Assembly: GCA_963711835.1 (NCBI GenBank) | Contig: CAVQFQ010000017.1 | Span: 416,001-480,000, forward strand | Reading direction: 5' to 3' | DNA from: an uncultured delta proteobacterium | Lineage (GTDB): Bacteria > Desulfobacterota > RBG-13-43-22 | Length of the DNA: 64,000 nucleotides | Shown: positions 59,452 through 64,000 of the stretch, in pieces | How the letters are laid out: every line of letters starts with the position of its first letter | Position numbering within the stretch: position 1 is the first letter of the stretch | Position numbers and translations under genes: made by a program | The notes under the pieces: generated by a model | The model's input: only the letters and a program-made list of their open reading frames with translations | Told to the model about the DNA's origin: nothing | The model's database searches: none

Positions 59452-60366
59452 CTAATGATAGAGGATCAGCATAACAACCAAGGCCCAGCCCAGAACGGTA
59501 AAAAGCAGAGGGCGGTCGGTTAATAAGGTTTCTTCCGGCCGGCCGCCTTCTATTTTTTGATGGACCACATAAAGGTAGCGGAAGATCCCATAGAGAACAA
59601 AGGGAAAGGTAAAGATCAGGTTCCGGGTCTGGAATTTGGCTATGGTTTCTTCCGAGATGGTGTACAAGGCATAGCTCATGACTGTAGTCGCTGTAACAAC
59701 CCCCATCATCTGATCCAACAGATAGGGGGAGTATTCCTTAAGGATCGAACGGTGCTCGACCGCCCCTTCCTTCAAAAAAACCAATTCGTGGCGCCTCTTA
59801 GCCATGGCCAGAAAAAGAGAAAGGAGGGTGGTGCAGATAAAGAGCCAGGGGGAGAGGTGAACGCCGATCACCAAACCCCCGGCCACTACCCTGATGACGA
59901 ACCCGGCGGCAATGGAAAAAATGTCCAGGATGACCTGGTGTTTCAGGAAAAAGGTGTAAAGTATTTGGAGCAGCAGGTAGGCCCCCATGGAAAGCCCAAA
60001 TTCCCTTGAGAGCCAAAAACCGATGACCAGGCTTCCAATCAGGGTTAAACAAGCCACCCATCCCGCCAAGGGCGGGCTTAATTTTCCTGAGGCCAGGGGA
60101 CGGTTTTTCTTGACCGGATGGAGGCGGTCTTCATTGCGGTCCTTGAGGTCATTGATGACATAGACCGAACCGGTCAGGAGACAGAAGAGGATAAAGGCCT
60201 CAATGGTTTTCCGGAAAAGAGGCCCGTCAAACAAATGCTGTGAAAACAAAAGCGGGGCGAAGAGGGCGCCGTTTTTAATCCACTGCTTGGGACGGAAGGA
60301 AAAGACCAGATTTTTAAAGAGAGGGAAAAAGGATTGTAAGGGGGCGGCCATCGCCATCATCTCCAA
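59452..60366 (-). CDS. Decaprenyl-phosphate phosphoribosyltransferase-like (UbiA family)
   Basis: RPKQWIKN, Y.IND..D...DR.HP.KK.RPLASG, KRRHEL, YGIFRY and P.E.LL.D motifs. Confidence 0.88.
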   Translation of the reverse strand: MEMMAMAAPLQSFFPLFKNLVFSFRPKQWIKNGALFAPLLFSQHLFDGPLFRKTIEAFILFCLLTGSVYVINDLKDRNEDRLHPVKKNRPLASGKLSPPLAGWVACLTLIGSLVIGFWLSREFGLSMGAYLLLQILYTFFLKHQVILDIFSIAAGFVIRVVAGGLVIGVHLSPWLFICTTLLSLFLAMAKRRHELVFLKEGAVEHRSILKEYSPYLLDQMMGVVTATTVMSYALYTISEETIAKFQTRNLIFTFPFVLYGIFRYLYVVHQKIEGGRPEETLLTDRPLLFTVLGWALVVMLILYH

Positions 60367-60571
60367 CGGAATACTTTAATAAGCCAAGAAGTGGAATAAA
60401 AAATAAGTACCAAACTATAGGCGATAATCGGGATATTCTCAACAAAATTTCCATTTTTCTTCCTATCCCGAAAAATTCGGATCGGCTTGGGTTGCCGGTA
60501 GGCTGCACGGAGTTGGGCAAGGTCTAAAAAAGGTTGACTTATCTGTTGTTTTGCATCAAAAGAAGCTGATC

Positions 60572-61453
60572 ATGAAGCCCATCGGTGCCCACATGTCCAT
60601 AGCCGGCGGCCTGGCTAAGGCCCTTCAGCGGATCCGGATCGTCGGGGGAGAATGTCTCCAGATCTTTGTAAAACCTAACCTTCAGTGGGAGGCCGGGGAT
60701 TTAACCCTGGATGAGGTGATTCGGTTCAAGGAGGAACAGCAGCGGGCCCAAATTGCGCCGGTGGTGGCCCATGCCTCTTACCTGTTGAACCTGGCCTCAC
60801 CGGACAGCCTCTTGCGGAAAAAATCCATTTTAACCCTGGCCCTGGAACTGGTCCGCTCGGCCAGGTTGGGCATCCCCTACCTGATTATTCACCCCGGCAG
60901 CCATCTGGGGACCGGAGAGGGGAAGGGAATCAAGCGGATTGCCCAGGGGGTGGACCAGGCCTTCAACCAGGCCGGGGTCGAGACCACGATGATTCTTTTG
61001 GAAACAACCGCTGGGTCGGGCAGCCAATTAGGCTCCCGTCTGGAGCATCTCAGGGATATCCTGGCCCAAAGCCGGACCTCTCAACGGCTGGGGGTCTGTG
61101 TCGATACCAGCCACGTCTTTGCCGCCGGGTATGATATAGCGAACCTGAAGGGCTATGAGGATTTTTTCGCCGGTTTCGGGAAGCAGATCGGGTTGGGTCT
61201 TCTGAAGGTTATTCACGCCAACGATTCCAAAGTACACTTAGGTGCTAAGGTGGACCGTCATCAGCAGATCGGTCTGGGCCACCTGGGGACCAAAACCTTT
61301 CAGCGCCTTTTAGCCGATCCCCGGTTGGACGGACGGCCCTTTATCCTGGAAACCCCAAAAGGGAAAAATGGGGAAACCGATTGGGATGTGATCAACATCG
61401 CCCTGTTAAAAAAATTTAGAAAGAAACCAAGCCCCCTTTTAAGAAAAACATAA
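60572..61453 (+). CDS. nfo: Endonuclease IV
   Basis: GAHMSIAGG, HASYL.NL, HPGS, LETTAG, DTSH.FAAGYD, H.NDSK, DRH and LETP motifs. Confidence 0.95.
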   Translation: MKPIGAHMSIAGGLAKALQRIRIVGGECLQIFVKPNLQWEAGDLTLDEVIRFKEEQQRAQIAPVVAHASYLLNLASPDSLLRKKSILTLALELVRSARLGIPYLIIHPGSHLGTGEGKGIKRIAQGVDQAFNQAGVETTMILLETTAGSGSQLGSRLEHLRDILAQSRTSQRLGVCVDTSHVFAAGYDIANLKGYEDFFAGFGKQIGLGLLKVIHANDSKVHLGAKVDRHQQIGLGHLGTKTFQRLLADPRLDGRPFILETPKGKNGETDWDVINIALLKKFRKKPSPLLRKT

Positions 61454-61507
61454 AAACCTTATGTCCCCTTCGACGACTCACCTTCGGAGATGAAAACCCA
61501 GACCCCT

Positions 61508-63737
61508 TTAAGGGGCATTCAATAAGCCCCCGGCTTTGCCGATTGTTGTCATCGGCCATAAAAAATACTCATTCACCAATAATTCATCCCGAATCGGATC
61601 CGTTTTCAAATAGTCCGATTTGGATATAATTTTAACTTCACTCGAGAGCCAATTAATATATGGAGGCGATAAATTTAATTCACCTTTTCTATCTTCGAGT
61701 ACCTTGGCCGCCGCCTCCAAATCAAAGGAACTATCGGTTTTGGCTGAAAGGGCGATCGTTTCATAATGGGTCCGGACAAAATCAAAATTTCTTACCAGCC
61801 CGGCCAGGACGCGGTGATACCTTCCCGAATTGTCGGCATTTATATCCAATACATAAACGCCGTCTTTTTTTAAAATTCGGGCCACTTCCTTAAAAAATTT
61901 AACGGACTTTATGCTCGTAGCGCCAACCCAGTTTGTTATAGCCAGATTGTCAACGATCACATCATATTTTTCCGATTCAAATAGCGTAACGGCTACACGG
62001 GCATCGGTGCGGTACATAGTAACTTTCGAATTTTTCATGGCCTGTTCCAGTAATCGTCCGGCCTGGGATCTGCTTAACAGCTCAGGAAGTTCATAGGACC
62101 AGTCGACAATGTCGATTTTCTTTACCCGGCTGTCTTTAGCGAGTTCGCGCACCATCCCGCCTCCGCCAAGACCGAGAACAAGAATTTTCTCCCTTTTAGG
62201 CCATGATAAAGGATAGACCGCCAGACGGACATGCTTGGGATGATCGGGCAAAGCGGACATGTACTGGCCGTTTACATACACCCCGCCGCCGGTTTTATTT
62301 TTATCCCAATCAATGGTAACGACTCCGGTCACACCCTCGAGTCCTTCAAAAAAATCATTTGAAAACCCGTAGATAAATTTATTCCACTGGTTTTGTTTTA
62401 TGGTCAAGGGCAAAATTAATAAGAGTATCAGCGCCGCCATATAGATGGGAGGATTTATATTTATTCCAAGTCGGTTTTTGGGGAGTCCAGGTATGGAAAT
62501 AGACCCGAGCTGAAACCAAGAGCCCAATATAAAGTAATGAGAGAACAGCTACTTTGGTGCCAAAGAACGGGAAAACAATAAATTGAAAAAAAATACCGCC
62601 GACGAATGCCCCCAGTGAATTAGACAAATATAATCGTCCGGTTTGGCCTGGCAACTGTTTGGCATAGGGCGAGGCCATTCTGAGCAAAATGGGAAAAATG
62701 CCGCCTTGAAACACGGCATAGGGAAATACCAGCAGGGCATAAAACAGGAAATAGCCTTGATAGGTATCAGGGCTGGAAAAATATTTTCTAAAAAATACCG
62801 ACCAAAGTATGCCCAGGCTTGATAATAAAAATAAGTGGCCTAACTTCGAACCATTTCGTTCCGGCGCAGATTGGTCATGTTGAGTAAACAACAAGCTCCC
62901 GACACTCAGTCCAAACAGCAGCGGCATCAAAATTCCCGGAAAATTATAAGCGGAAGAGGGCCAGCACACGGCGGCCACCCTAAAAAAAATAATTTCCATG
63001 GCTAAGGTAATCAGACCGGAGATAAAGCTCAAAAACATAATAAAGTTCAAAGGACCTTTCTCCGATGCTGCCGCTGCTGGAAAAGTCGATTCTTTTTCAG
63101 GGGTACTCTGATAGGCCATAGTTTTTCCAAAAAACCGAATAAAAACAGACAAGACAATATTTAATCCCCCTACAAAAAATAGCGTCGTCGGCAGATTAAA
63201 ATTATTGAAAAAGAAAAAAGGAACGGAAAGAATCCCCAAGCTGGCGCCGAAGGTGTTAAACCCATAAATGATGCCGATTTTTTTGCCGTCATACCGCTCA
63301 GGATTGATAAAGGAATTAAACATTAAGGGCAGTGTCCCGCCCATCAAGATGCAGGGAGGCAGCAGAAACAAAAAACAGATACCAATCAGGATTATTTTAA
63401 ATGAATCGACGCTGGCATTCCCGGGATTCAAGAATTGACCGAAAAAAATAGCCAACTTTGACAAAAGGAAATAACTGATCAGGGCGAATAAACCAATGCC
63501 CAACTCGACATTGGCATAGATACCCACGGGACGACTCTTGAATCTTTTAAATACAAAGGCCCCGATGCCCAAACCCAGGAGAAAGGTAGAGGTTACAATC
63601 GCTGAAGAAACCGAATCGCCCCCGAAGTTATAACGAATGATCCTGTCCCAGGCGACCTGGTAAACCAGGCTGCAGAATCCGGAAATAATCACAATGATGA
63701 TAATCACTGTTTCATGAAGTTTGCCAAGTGGTGCCAT
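61508..63737 (-). pseudogene. Fused multi-TM / spermidine synthase-like (SAM-dependent) protein with one +1 frameshift (~62450-62520; possible sequencing error)
   Basis: SGFCSLVYQV.W.R, FLLGLGIG, LMGGTLP and Y..NT.GA TM repeats; LVLGLGGG, DAR and YDVI..N SAM-fold motifs. Confidence 0.75.
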
Positions 63738-63910
63738 AGTGAACCTTTAATCGACGGGTGGGTTAAGGTTAATTGAATTTCAGAGGTGGCGGTGATTGAT
63801 CACCCTGAAGGCGCCAACTAGGACCGGGTTAAAGGAGTCGCCTGAAAAGGGCTATTTTGTGGAAAGGAGACTGCTCCCGGATCTTTCAAGAAATCGCGAA
63901 AAAATTCTAG

Positions 63911-64000
63911 TTACGATTGGGGATGTCCAGCTTGAGCCCGGTTCTTTAAAAAACTTTCGCCGAGGTAGGCCTTGATGACCTCTTCGTTTTTGATCACCTC
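63911..64000 (-). CDS. C-terminal end of a LivG-like ABC transporter ATPase (partial)
   Basis: Translates EVIKNEEVIKAYLGESFLKNRAQAGHPQS*; V..AYLG tail. Confidence 0.6.
   Translation of the reverse strand, partial: EVIKNEEVIKAYLGESFLKNRAQAGHPQS

Overview
A 64 kb bacterial chromosomal window, probably from an anaerobic Desulfobacterota (deltaproteobacterium). That assignment is inferred from the sirC-ccsA-hemA and iorAB gene order, DUF362, and a sigma54 two-component system. Positions 1-40850 are mostly housekeeping and envelope genes: YfhO-like and two GT-C/discoidin glycosyltransferases, trxA-trxB-bamD, two tRNA-Ser, tatC, iorAB, a sigma54 two-component system with its target operon, heme synthesis, ssb, rnj-ftsK-lolA, mlaEFD with an aromatic-repeat lipoprotein, and tRNA-Arg. 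An accessory stretch follows tRNA-Arg (about 40850-57250). It holds a toxin-antitoxin pair, a high-GC 7-repeat Kelch gene, an RND pump, an old yellow enzyme and DUF362. The main hidden signal there is two adjacent genes, missed or split by the ORF track, that each have an in-frame TGA in a UxxC motif followed by a SECIS-like hairpin: a GrdB/PrdB-family selenoprotein and a selenocysteine glutaredoxin. The window ends with a glycan locus (polyprenyl-phosphate phosphoribosyltransferase, flippase-like protein, GT9), nfo and a spermidine-synthase-like membrane protein. Five unrelated genes carry single +1 frameshifts, which looks like sequencing or consensus error. All product calls come from motif recognition, not database searches.
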